DNA from: an uncultured Coriobacteriaceae bacterium
GTDB lineage: Bacteria; Actinomycetota; Coriobacteriia; Coriobacteriales; Atopobiaceae
Length of the DNA stretch: 32,117 bases
Reading direction: 5' to 3'
NCBI GenBank assembly: GCA_902766805.1
Contig: CACXFF010000349.1
Span: 1-32,117 of the forward strand
The notes under the pieces are model-generated. The model saw only the letters and a program-made list of their open reading frames with translations, had not been told where the DNA came from and did no database searches. Below, in pieces: positions 7,255-16,025 of this stretch; position 1 is the stretch's first letter; each line of letters starts with the position of its first letter. Both the position numbers and the translations under genes were made by a program.

Positions 7255-9729
7255 CTAGCTCCTGCGGACCTTCAACATCAGACGCAGGCCGTTCATGATG
7301 ACGATGATCGCCACGCCGGTGTCGGCGAAGACCGCTGCGGCCATGCCCGCCCAGCCGCCTGCCACCAGCACGAATACCAGCGCCTTGACCAGGATGGCAA
7401 AGACGATGTTCTCCCGCACCACGAGCATGGTGCGCCGCGCGAGGCGCATAAAGGTCGGCAGCGACGCCAGGTCATCGGAGAGCAGGGCAACGTCGGCGAC
7501 CTCGAGGGCGGTGTCGGACGAGGCCGCGCCCATGGTGATGCCCAGGTCGGCAGCCGCCAGCGCGGGCGCGTCGTTGATGCCGTCTCCCACCATCGCCACC
7601 ACGCCCGCCTGTTGCAGCGAACGGATGGCATTCACCTTGTCGTCGGGCAGGCAGGCGGCGCTCACGCTGTCCAGCCCGAGCTGTGCCGCGACAGCCTCGG
7701 CGACGCGCGCGTTGTCGCCAGTGAGCATGTGCAGGCGTTCCACGCCGAGGGCGCGGAGCTCCTCGAGCGCGGGCTGGGCGGCCGTGCGCGGGGCGTCTGC
7801 CAGGGCCAGCGCGCCAATGGCATGCCCGTCGCGGGCTACGGCCAGCACGGTGTTGCCTTGGGCTTCCAGGAGAGCCACGCACTCGTCCAGGGCGCTGCTG
7901 TCGGCCACGAGCTCGCGCACGTAGCTGGGCTTGCCGACGAAACAGTCCTGGCCGTCGAGGACGCCGGACACGCCGCGGGCCGCGAGCTCGCTCACCTGCG
8001 CGGCCTGACGCCGCGTGACGCCAGCCTGCTCTCCGTGAGCGCAGACCGCGCGAGCCAACGGGTGCGTAGAGCTCGACTCGAGCGCCAGCGCCACTTCGAG
8101 CACCTCGTCGAGCTTCGCGTCGTCCAGACAGGCCACGCGCACGAGCTGGGGAGCTCCCTTCGTGAGGGTGCCCGTCTTGTCGAAAGCGATGGCGTTCACG
8201 TGCGCGGCGACATCGAAGCAGGCACCGCCCTTGACGAGCACGCCGTCCTGCGCCGCGCGGCTGATCGCGCTCACGAACGTGACGGGCGTGGAGATGACCA
8301 GCGCACAGGGGCAGGCGACCACGAGCAGCGACAGGGCACGGTAGATCCAGTCCAGCCAGTTCACCTTGTCGAAGCCCAGGAACAGGCCCGCGAACAGGGG
8401 CACCACGATGCCGACTATGAGGGCGCCTGCGACCACGAGCGGCGTGTAGACTGCCGCGAAGCGGTCGATGAAGGCCTCGTAGGGTGCCTTGGCTGCCTGG
8501 GCACCCTGCACCATCGTCACGATGCGGGCCAGCGTGGACTCGTCGGCGTCGCTGGTGGTGCGCAGCTCCACGACTGCGCCTTCGTTCAGGGAGCCGGCGA
8601 AGGCCTGGGCGCCGACGCCCTTGTCCTGCGGCACCGACTCGCCCGTGATGGGAGCCTCGTTGAACGAGGAGCTGCCGCTCACGATCACGCCGTCAAGCGG
8701 GACGCGCTCGCCAACGAGCACGCGGATGAGGGTGCCCTCCTCCACGTCGTCGGCCTCCACGTCGTGGGCGCTGCCGTCCTCCCCCACCACGTGTGCGGTG
8801 TCGGGCGCAAGCTGCATGAGCTGCGCGATGCTGCCGCGCGACTTGCGCATGGACCAGCCTTCGAGCCACTCGCCCACCTGGTCGAGGAAGATGACCATCG
8901 CGGCCTCGCCAAAGGCTCCCATGAGCAGGGCTCCGATGACGGCGATCGTCATGAGCACGTTCATGTCGGCCGTCTTGCGCTTGAGGGCGTACCAGGCCAT
9001 CGGCGCGATGTAGACCAGGCCGCAGACCGCGGAGATGATGTAGCACACGTTGGAGGGAATCTCCGCGTGCACGAGGTGCTCCAAGACCAAGCCCGCGGCC
9101 AAGAACAGCCCAGAACCACCCATGAGCAGCTCCTGGCGGTGCTCGACGAACCAGGGAAGCTCCGCCTCGAGCTCGCGCAGCTTTTCCTCCGACAGGTCCA
9201 GGTCGTGGCCAGTCGAGCGCACGGCCGCAAGCACGGAGCGCTCTACGACGGCGTCCAGGGCGCCGGGTTCCTTCGAGACCAGCAGTTGGCCGCTGGCGTA
9301 GTTGAGCTCGCAATCGGCGACGCCTTCGGCCAGGCGCACCGCGTTTTCGCACTGCTTGGCGCAGGACGGGCAGTCGAGCCCCTTCACCGTGTACACGAAG
9401 CTGATGTTCTCTTCGTTGAGCGGGGCGACGCCCTCGTCTCGCTCGCAGCTGTCGCAGCCACAGTGCTCGTCGCCGCAGCCGCAGTGGTCGTGGTGGTGCC
9501 CCTCGTGCTCGTCGCCGCAGCCGCAGTGGTCATCGTTGCAGGTGTCATCGTGCTGATGCTGCTCAGGCGTCGCCTCGTGCCCGCCCACCGCAGGTGCGAA
9601 GGGCTCGTCGCTCAGTCCCTTGGGTTCGGCGGCCCCTGGCGTTTCGAGCCGCGTTTCACCCTCGCTGGCTTCAGTTGCGCCGTCTGGCGCGCCGGGCGCC
9701 ATCCCCTGTTCCAGCGACTTATCAGACAT
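7255..9729 (-). CDS. cadA: Heavy-metal-translocating P1B-type ATPase (Zn/Cd/Pb subgroup)
   Basis: 824 aa. HMA domain GLDCPSCAKQ, TM6 CPC (VVACPCALVISTP), DKTGTLT, GDGINDAPAL, and a TM8 ADTG motif as in ZntA. His/Cys-rich N-terminal tract. The symbol is nominal; zntA and cadA are used interchangeably. Confidence 0.95.
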   Translation of the reverse strand: MSDKSLEQGMAPGAPDGATEASEGETRLETPGAAEPKGLSDEPFAPAVGGHEATPEQHQHDDTCNDDHCGCGDEHEGHHHDHCGCGDEHCGCDSCERDEGVAPLNEENISFVYTVKGLDCPSCAKQCENAVRLAEGVADCELNYASGQLLVSKEPGALDAVVERSVLAAVRSTGHDLDLSEEKLRELEAELPWFVEHRQELLMGGSGLFLAAGLVLEHLVHAEIPSNVCYIISAVCGLVYIAPMAWYALKRKTADMNVLMTIAVIGALLMGAFGEAAMVIFLDQVGEWLEGWSMRKSRGSIAQLMQLAPDTAHVVGEDGSAHDVEADDVEEGTLIRVLVGERVPLDGVIVSGSSSFNEAPITGESVPQDKGVGAQAFAGSLNEGAVVELRTTSDADESTLARIVTMVQGAQAAKAPYEAFIDRFAAVYTPLVVAGALIVGIVVPLFAGLFLGFDKVNWLDWIYRALSLLVVACPCALVISTPVTFVSAISRAAQDGVLVKGGACFDVAAHVNAIAFDKTGTLTKGAPQLVRVACLDDAKLDEVLEVALALESSSTHPLARAVCAHGEQAGVTRRQAAQVSELAARGVSGVLDGQDCFVGKPSYVRELVADSSALDECVALLEAQGNTVLAVARDGHAIGALALADAPRTAAQPALEELRALGVERLHMLTGDNARVAEAVAAQLGLDSVSAACLPDDKVNAIRSLQQAGVVAMVGDGINDAPALAAADLGITMGAASSDTALEVADVALLSDDLASLPTFMRLARRTMLVVRENIVFAILVKALVFVLVAGGWAGMAAAVFADTGVAIIVIMNGLRLMLKVRRS

Positions 9730-10048
9730 GATCCGCCTCCCGTTCTGCCGCGTGCTCTAGGGCCACGGCAATCAAAGTGGATACGTGCTCGTCGGCGAGA
9801 CTGTAAATCTGGCGCTGTCCTTCGCGCCGCGCCACAACCAGGCCGCGGTCCTTGAGCATCCGCAGCTGGTGGGATATCGCCGACTGCGAAACGTGTGCGC
9901 TCTCCACCAGCTCCCCTACCGACCGCTCCCGAAGCGAGAGCGCGGCAAGGATCTGGAAACGCGTGTAGTCCGACAGCGCGTCAAAGATCTGCGTGGCCTC
10001 GTAGACCACCGACTCGTCTCGCAGGTGACGTGTCAGGTCTTGATCCAT
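9722..10048 (-). CDS. ArsR/SmtB-family metalloregulator with an alpha-5 (CzrA/SmtB-type) metal site
   Basis: 108 aa. wHTH ELVESAHVSQSAISHQLRMLKDRGLV. C-terminal DEH-x10-H-x2-E fits DxHx10Hx2(E/H). 8-nt overlap (ATGTCTGA) with the ATPase start. Confidence 0.9.
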   Translation of the reverse strand: MDQDLTRHLRDESVVYEATQIFDALSDYTRFQILAALSLRERSVGELVESAHVSQSAISHQLRMLKDRGLVVARREGQRQIYSLADEHVSTLIAVALEHAAEREADHV

Positions 10049-10074
10049 AGGAATTACCTTTCATATGAGTAAGT

Positions 10075-10084
10075 GTTCATGAAC
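10075..10084. promoter_or_regulatory. Candidate ArsR/SmtB operator core
   Basis: Perfect 10-bp palindrome GTTCATGAAC, 27 bp upstream of the arsR ATG and just downstream of the predicted -10. TGTTCA/TGAACA half-sites are typical of this family's operators. Confidence 0.45.
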
Positions 10085-10092
10085 TCACCCAA

Positions 10093-10121
10093 AGTATAGC
10101 TCCCGTGCAAGCGCTCGCCAA
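10093..10121 (-). promoter_or_regulatory. Putative sigma-70-type promoter of the arsR-ATPase operon
   Basis: The minus strand reads TTGGCG-N17-TATACT, with -35 at 10116..10121 and -10 at 10093..10098. Confidence 0.4.
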
Positions 10122-10145
10122 GGGGTCAAAGAAAGAATTGCCGAA

Positions 10146-10527
10146 AAGCACGGGCACCCAAAGTACGCAAAACGCTACCCGTGCGACACCCGCCGTGCGC
10201 ACGGATACGGAAAGCGGAGTCTTGCGAAGTTTGGGGTGCGCACGGGTACGAAAAGTGAAGTGTTGCGACAACCGCCGTGCGCACAGGAAAGGAATCGTTA
10301 GTCGTGCGACAGCCGCCGTGCGCACGGGAAAGGAAAACGAAGCCTTGCGAAGGTCGGATGACGCACGGGTACGGAAAGTGAAGTCTTGCGGCAACCGCCG
10401 TGCGCACGGGAAAGGAATCGTTAGTCGTGCGACACCCAGCCGACGCACGGTAAAGGAATCGTTAGTCTTGCGACAACGCGCGACGCCCAAGGGCCGCATC
10501 CCGTGAAGTAAGACGTCCTTTGGGTGC
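10146..10527. repeat. Non-coding tandem array of about 9 degenerate 41-bp units
   Basis: TGCGCACGG/GACGCACGG anchors sit at 10196, 10237, 10278, 10319, 10360, 10401, 10442 and 10482, with a period of 41 (last interval 40). Unit consensus is TGCGCACGGG-(t/a)A(c/a)GGAA..AGTC(t/g)TGCGACAaCCGCCG. The array is bounded by a 10-bp inverted repeat, GCACCCAAAG (10154..10163) and CTTTGGGTGC (10518..10527). Confidence 0.85.
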
Positions 10528-10617
10528 ATGACGTTGGCGTTCCTTGACCTTGAGGAGCCAGGCTATCTCAATTGGGCCAACTCAGGCTCTCTGGAGTATG
10601 GGTTTTCGCGTCTGCGG

Positions 10618-11775
10618 TCAGAGGCCGCTGGCTGCGATGAGCTCGCAGACTTCGCGCAGGCGCTCGGGAGGCTGCACCAAAGCGAAGCGCACGTAGCCCT
10701 CGCCGTGCGGGCCGAAGCTCGCGCCCGGCGTTACGATCACGCCCGTCCGTTCCATCAGCTCCATGGCGAAGCCCAGCGAGTCCTCGCGCCCGTGGGGCAG
10801 CTTGGCCCAGACGAACATCGTGCCCTGGGCGTTGGGGCGCTCCCAGCCCGCGGCCACCAGGCCGTCGCAGAGCGCGTCACGGCGCTCCTGGTAGAGCGCG
10901 CATTGGGCGCGCACGGAATCCAAGGGCCAGGTGAGCGCTGCGATGGCGACGCGCTGCTGGGGCAGCGGCATGCCGAAGTCGATCTGGCTGTGCAGGCGCT
11001 TGAACGCCGCGATGACGTCCGGGCGTCCGACGAGGTACGAGATGCGCAGGCCCGTGACATTGAAGGACTTGGAGAGCGAGAAGAACTCCACGCCCACCTC
11101 GGCCGCGCCCTCGTAGGCCAAGAACGAGCCCCCTTGCGCGCCGTCGTAGATGATGTCGGAGTAGGCGTTGTCGTGCACGATGAGCAGGTCGTGCTCGCGG
11201 GCAAAGGCGATGAGCTCGCGGTAGAGCTCGGGGGTGCCGATCGACCCCACGGGGTTGGCGGGCAGTGACACCACCATGTAGCGGGCGGCGTCAGCGACCT
11301 CGGCGGGGATGTCCGAAACGCGTGGCACGAAGCCCGTCTCGCGGGAGAGCGGGTAGTACCAGGGGGTGGCCCCGGACAGCAGCACCGCGTTTTGGAAGAC
11401 CGGGTAGCAGGGGTCAGGCACCAGCACGGTGTCGCCCTCGTCGACGAGCGCGAGCGCGAGCATGCCCATGCCCTCCTGCGTGCCGTGCGCCGAGCACACC
11501 ATGTCGGGACTGACCTGCACGCCGAAGCGCCGCTCGTAGTAGGAGCAGACCGCCTGGAGCATTTCGGGCGTGTCCACGATGGCGTACTTCCAGCACTCGG
11601 GGTCGCGCGCCGCTTGGGCATAGGCCTCGACCAGGTGCGCGGGTGGCTCGAAGTCGGGCGTGCCGATGGACAGGTCTATGACCGCAAGGCCCTGTGCCTC
11701 GCGCTTCATGCGCAGCTCTTTGAGCGCGGCGAAAACCTCGCTCCCGAACCGGTCCAGCCTCGCCGAGAAATGCAT
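10618..11775 (-). CDS. PLP-dependent aminotransferase, class I/II fold
   Basis: 385 aa. LSIGTPDF near the N-terminus and the PLP-lysine motif FSLSKSFNVTGLRISY. Confidence 0.9.
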   Translation of the reverse strand: MHFSARLDRFGSEVFAALKELRMKREAQGLAVIDLSIGTPDFEPPAHLVEAYAQAARDPECWKYAIVDTPEMLQAVCSYYERRFGVQVSPDMVCSAHGTQEGMGMLALALVDEGDTVLVPDPCYPVFQNAVLLSGATPWYYPLSRETGFVPRVSDIPAEVADAARYMVVSLPANPVGSIGTPELYRELIAFAREHDLLIVHDNAYSDIIYDGAQGGSFLAYEGAAEVGVEFFSLSKSFNVTGLRISYLVGRPDVIAAFKRLHSQIDFGMPLPQQRVAIAALTWPLDSVRAQCALYQERRDALCDGLVAAGWERPNAQGTMFVWAKLPHGREDSLGFAMELMERTGVIVTPGASFGPHGEGYVRFALVQPPERLREVCELIAASGL

Positions 11776-11903
11776 GTCGTCCCCTCTCCGCGCCTCGCGA
11801 GCGCACCCGCGCGTCGCGGGGCCTTCCCTGCGCGCAACGCTTCCCTTCTACGGAGCACGAGTATGCACGACGTACGTTGCGGGCGTGTGTCGTACGGCCG
11901 TCC

Positions 11904-14024
11904 TCAGCGCACCGAGGCCAAGGCGAGGTAGTCGAGCTTCGCCTCGTCGTCGCGCACGGGCAGCCATTCGGTCGGGGCGTCGCGCACGTACCAGACGCCG
12001 TCGGCCCCCTCGTATCCGTGCTCGTTGTAGGCGGGCACGGCCACGCGTGCGGCGAGCTGGGCCTTCTGGTATTCGGTGAGCGGGGCGCCGATGGCGTCGG
12101 CGACCATCGCGCCAAGGTAGTTGGGGCTCGCGTCGCGCACCAGGTCGGCCGCCGGCGTACCCGCTATGTCGTAGTTGGCCCACAGGAAATAGACCGTCTG
12201 GTGGATGCGCTCCTCATGGTCCACCCACGCCTCGTCCTTGCCAAAGATCTCGTCGTTGTACCAGTAGGAGAAGTAGGGCTGGTGGTCGCCGAAGAAGAGC
12301 AGGATGACCGGGCGCTGCAGCTGCTCGAGCTGGCCGACGAACCACTGAAGGTCCTGGTCGGAAGCCTGAATGCAGGAGAGGTACTCGTTGAGCAGCGGGT
12401 TGAACTCCTCGTCATCGAGCCCGGCCGGGTGCACGTCGGTGAGGCGCGCGGCGGGGATGTTGCCGCGGTCGTAGCCGGAGTGGTTCTGCATCGTCACGTC
12501 GAACACGAACTGCGGTGCTGCATCCTGCTCCAGGAGCTTGAGGATCAGCTGGTAGGTGGCCTTGTCGGTCACGCCGTTGTGGAACCACGGGGCGCCGCCG
12601 AACGAGTTGATGTCCAGGAAGCTCTGGAAGCCCAGGGCCGGGTATACCGTTGCGCGGTTCCAGTTCTCGGGGGCGTTGGGGTGGATGGCCGTCGTGACGT
12701 AGCCCAGCTCGTCGAACTGCTTGGGCAGGGAGGCCATCTCGGAGAGGTCGTACATGGAATAGGGGAACTTGCCCGCGCCGACCGCCTGGAGCGACACGCC
12801 TGTGAGCGTCTCGAACTCGGTGTTGCAGGTGCTGCCGCCGTATACCGAGACGCCCAGGTTGCCGCGCTCGAGCGTGTGGGTCAGGCCCTTCAGGAAGCTG
12901 GGGCCCTCATAGCCCGCGCGCAGCCCGTCGAAGCGCGAGAAGTCGTCGAAGGTCTCGTTCATCACGATCACGACGCTTGGCTTGAGCTCGTCGAACTGCT
13001 GCGTGGAGGCCGCGCGCCGCTCGGCCGAGCCCGTGTCAAAGGCCTGCGCGTAGCTGGCCTGCAGCTCGCGCGCCCCCTCGTCGCTGTAGCCCTCGGGCAT
13101 GCGGATGGGCAGGTCGTGCAGCGCCGTGACGAAGCTCGGGAGCAGGCCCTGCGCCTTGTACGACAGCGGGGCGTGCTCGATCCAGTAGAGCATGGAGAGC
13201 TGCAGGTCGTTGGCATAGTCGGGCACGGTCACCAGCGCGTAGCCCGACCACGCGGTGAGCGCTGCGAGGAACACGCTGCACAGCACGCGGCCCCATACCG
13301 GCTCACTGCGCTCGGCCACGGGGTAGGCGTAGCTGAGGGCTGCCATGGCCAGCGAGGCGTATCCCAGGCCAATGAGCATGGGACTCGTGAGCGTGTAGGC
13401 ATAGTGGCCGCTCACGTTGGCGGCCGTGGTCAGCGCGAACAGGTCGCGCGGGAAGATGGGCTCGCCACGGAATTCGTATACGTAGTGCATGGCAGTCGCC
13501 GCTATCACACACAGCGCGACGCCTGGCAGGCCGCCCACGCCGCGCCTGCCGCACAGGAAATAGCCAAAGGCCACGATCACCGCGAGCATCGCGCACTCGA
13601 TGACCACGTAGTTCCACCGTATCAGACTCCACTCGGGGTTCCAGGGAATCTCGATCGCGAAGCGCAGGCAGCACACCGCCGCGCCCAGGACTAGCAGGTC
13701 GCGCAGGCGTTCGAGGGCCCCTGCCCGCGCCTGGCCCGCAATGAGCTGGCCTATGCGCTCGCGTTGCGTGACGAGGCCTGCGGCGCCTGCGCAGAGCGCG
13801 CATCCGATCACGACGTCGCCGAAAAGCCCCTCGAGTGCCCCGGTCGCGCCGAAGGCCAACGCCACCACGAGCGTGCACGCGCAGGCGCAGGCCCATGCGT
13901 AGCTGGAACGCAGCCGCAGAGCCGAGCGGCGTTTCGCCAGCAGCAACAGCGCGGCCACGACCGCGATGCCGACGATCGGCACGAGGATCACGGTGCTCGG
14001 AAGGGTCTCAAAGGAGTCATACAT
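11904..14024 (-). CDS. LTA synthase-family (sulfatase/alkaline-phosphatase fold) membrane protein, paralog 1
   Basis: 706 aa. A multi-TM N-terminal half is followed by an extracytoplasmic domain with VMNETFDDFS, GGSTCNTEFETLTG and TMQNHSGY motifs. Confidence 0.85.
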   Translation of the reverse strand: MYDSFETLPSTVILVPIVGIAVVAALLLLAKRRSALRLRSSYAWACACACTLVVALAFGATGALEGLFGDVVIGCALCAGAAGLVTQRERIGQLIAGQARAGALERLRDLLVLGAAVCCLRFAIEIPWNPEWSLIRWNYVVIECAMLAVIVAFGYFLCGRRGVGGLPGVALCVIAATAMHYVYEFRGEPIFPRDLFALTTAANVSGHYAYTLTSPMLIGLGYASLAMAALSYAYPVAERSEPVWGRVLCSVFLAALTAWSGYALVTVPDYANDLQLSMLYWIEHAPLSYKAQGLLPSFVTALHDLPIRMPEGYSDEGARELQASYAQAFDTGSAERRAASTQQFDELKPSVVIVMNETFDDFSRFDGLRAGYEGPSFLKGLTHTLERGNLGVSVYGGSTCNTEFETLTGVSLQAVGAGKFPYSMYDLSEMASLPKQFDELGYVTTAIHPNAPENWNRATVYPALGFQSFLDINSFGGAPWFHNGVTDKATYQLILKLLEQDAAPQFVFDVTMQNHSGYDRGNIPAARLTDVHPAGLDDEEFNPLLNEYLSCIQASDQDLQWFVGQLEQLQRPVILLFFGDHQPYFSYWYNDEIFGKDEAWVDHEERIHQTVYFLWANYDIAGTPAADLVRDASPNYLGAMVADAIGAPLTEYQKAQLAARVAVPAYNEHGYEGADGVWYVRDAPTEWLPVRDDEAKLDYLALASVR

Positions 14025-14084
14025 CGCTCGTCGTTCCTCTCGGGGGCGTTCGCCACGCTCGTGCGCGCCCGGTTGCCACCCCGT

Positions 14085-16025
14085 TCAGCCTAGCTCCTGC
14101 AGGCTGCCGAAGTTGAGGTAGTCCAATGTGTTCAGCTCGCTGCGCAGGGCCGTGTAGTCCGTCTCGCTTTCTTGCTCGTGCCAAAGGTAATCGCCGCCCA
14201 GATAGCCCATGAGGTTGATAGCGGGCAGCTCGGGGCGTGCGGCTAGCTTGGCCTTCTGCCAGTCGCTGAGCGGTGCCCCCGCAAGCTCGAGGGCGCGTGC
14301 CGCGAGCTGGCTGCAGGACAGCACGGCCCCGCCACCAAGACCGTCGCTCGCGGGGTCCTGTGGTACGGGCTGGGCACCCGCCACCGCATAGTTGGCCCAG
14401 ACCAGCCAGTTGGTGCGGTAGGCGCGCTCGGCGTGGGTCGGCTCGGTCTCGCGTGGGTGCAGCGCGTCGTTGATCATCCACGTGAACTCGGGCTGGTGGT
14501 CGCCAAAGAAGACGACGACCACACGTTCGTCGAGCTCGAGCAGCTGGCGCAAGAACCACTCCAGGTCGCGGTCCGAGGCTTCGATGCAGGCCAGGTACTC
14601 GTTGAGCGCGTCGTCGCTCGGCAGCTCGACGCCGGGTTTGGCCAGGCTCTCCAACGTGTAGCGGGTGAGCTCGGAGCTGGGGATGTTGCCTTGGTCGTAG
14701 CCCGAGTGGTTCTGCATGGTCACGTCCATCACGAGCTGCGGCCCGTCGCGGCGCAGCAGCTCGAGGGCCTTCTCGTAGGTGGCGCGGTCGGTCACGCCGC
14801 TGTGGTAGGTCGGGGCGCCCGGGAAGTCGTCGATGGAGAGGAACGCGTCGAAGCCCAGGTCACGGTAGACGTCGCTGCGGTTCCAGTTGGCCGCCAGGTT
14901 GGGATGCATGGCGTAGGTCTCGTAGCCCAGGGCGCCGAGCTGGCGGCCCAGGTTCTCGCAGGCGCTCAGGTCGTACATCTGGAAGGGGTACTTGCCGCCG
15001 CCAATGAAGGCGAGCGAGGCCCCGGTGAGGAATTCGAACTCGGTGTTGCAGGTGCCGCCGCCATAGGCCGAGACGGCCAACGCGCCGCGGTCGAGCAGCG
15101 TGCCGCGCAGCTCGTTGATTCCGCTCGTGAAGAAGCGCGGACCCTCGTAGCCGCAGCACAGCCCGCCCGCGTCGCTGCGAAAGAAGGCGGACAGGTCGGA
15201 GAAGGTCTCGTTCATGACCACGACGATGGAGGCGGGCTGCTCGCTGAACTGCCGCGCAGCAGCGCTGCGTTGGGCCGACGAACCGGGGCCCTCGTCATAG
15301 CTGCGCGCCATGCGCGCCTGCAGGTCCTGGGCGGCCTGGGTGTCATAGTCCTGCGGGGGGCGGATCTTCATGTCCTGCCGCGCAGCGAGGAAGGTGGGCA
15401 CGAAGCCCTGCGTGCGGTAGTTCTCGATGGGCGCCCAATAGTCCAGCTGCACGCCGTAGTCGCGCTGGTAGTCGGGCTCGCGCACGAGCCGCCAGGCACC
15501 CAGCGCGCAGGCGGCGCCCAGCAGGGTGCACAGCACGACGCTCGCGACCTTTGCCCACCCCTCGTGGCGCGTCGAGGGACGTATGGCCGCCAGACAGGCG
15601 ACGGCTCCCACGCAGGCCGCCACTCCCACGAGCACGGATAGGTCGGGAGTGTAGTCGTAGTTGCCCGCCACGGCAGCCGCGGTGCGAAGGGCCAGAAGGT
15701 CGCTGGGCATGAAGGCGGTGCCCTTGAACTTCATGACGTAGTGCTGTCCCAGGCCCGCGGCCAGGCATAGGAACGGCACCGGGATGGCCCAAACGCCGCG
15801 ACGCTGGCCCAGCAGCGTGAGTGCGAGCAGCAAAAGCCCGACCATCGCAAGCTCTAGGCCCAAGAAGACCGTGGGCGTCACGAGGAACGCCAGCGAGGAG
15901 TAGGGCAGCTCCATGGCGGCCACGCTCAGCCAGGTGGCGAGCGCGAGGCGGCCCAGGTTGGCCCCTACGCGCACGGCCGTGCTGGCCTCCTGCGCCGGCG
16001 GACGCATGTGGGCGGCTTGGGACAT
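14085..16025 (-). CDS. LTA synthase-family membrane protein, paralog 2
   Basis: 646 aa with the same architecture (VMNETFSDLS, GGGTCNTEFEFLTG, TMQNHSGY). Roughly half the catalytic-domain residues are identical to paralog 1 (eyeball alignment). Confidence 0.85.
   Translation of the reverse strand: MSQAAHMRPPAQEASTAVRVGANLGRLALATWLSVAAMELPYSSLAFLVTPTVFLGLELAMVGLLLLALTLLGQRRGVWAIPVPFLCLAAGLGQHYVMKFKGTAFMPSDLLALRTAAAVAGNYDYTPDLSVLVGVAACVGAVACLAAIRPSTRHEGWAKVASVVLCTLLGAACALGAWRLVREPDYQRDYGVQLDYWAPIENYRTQGFVPTFLAARQDMKIRPPQDYDTQAAQDLQARMARSYDEGPGSSAQRSAAARQFSEQPASIVVVMNETFSDLSAFFRSDAGGLCCGYEGPRFFTSGINELRGTLLDRGALAVSAYGGGTCNTEFEFLTGASLAFIGGGKYPFQMYDLSACENLGRQLGALGYETYAMHPNLAANWNRSDVYRDLGFDAFLSIDDFPGAPTYHSGVTDRATYEKALELLRRDGPQLVMDVTMQNHSGYDQGNIPSSELTRYTLESLAKPGVELPSDDALNEYLACIEASDRDLEWFLRQLLELDERVVVVFFGDHQPEFTWMINDALHPRETEPTHAERAYRTNWLVWANYAVAGAQPVPQDPASDGLGGGAVLSCSQLAARALELAGAPLSDWQKAKLAARPELPAINLMGYLGGDYLWHEQESETDYTALRSELNTLDYLNFGSLQELG

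Noticed and set aside
10146-10527. Whether the tandem repeat region is a CRISPR array.
   Set aside because: The period is only 41 bp and the whole unit is conserved, with no unique spacer-sized segments between repeats. No cas genes are in the window. It behaves as a degenerate minisatellite, not a repeat-spacer array.
10077-10529. Track ORFs through the repeat array (150 aa on minus, 133 aa and 93 aa on other frames) encoding basic 41-aa-repeat proteins.
   Set aside because: GC3 is near 50% against about 85-90% for real genes here. Several frames are open at once. The 41-bp period is not a codon multiple, and the minus ORF runs across the arsR promoter/operator. They are most likely artefacts of the repeat.
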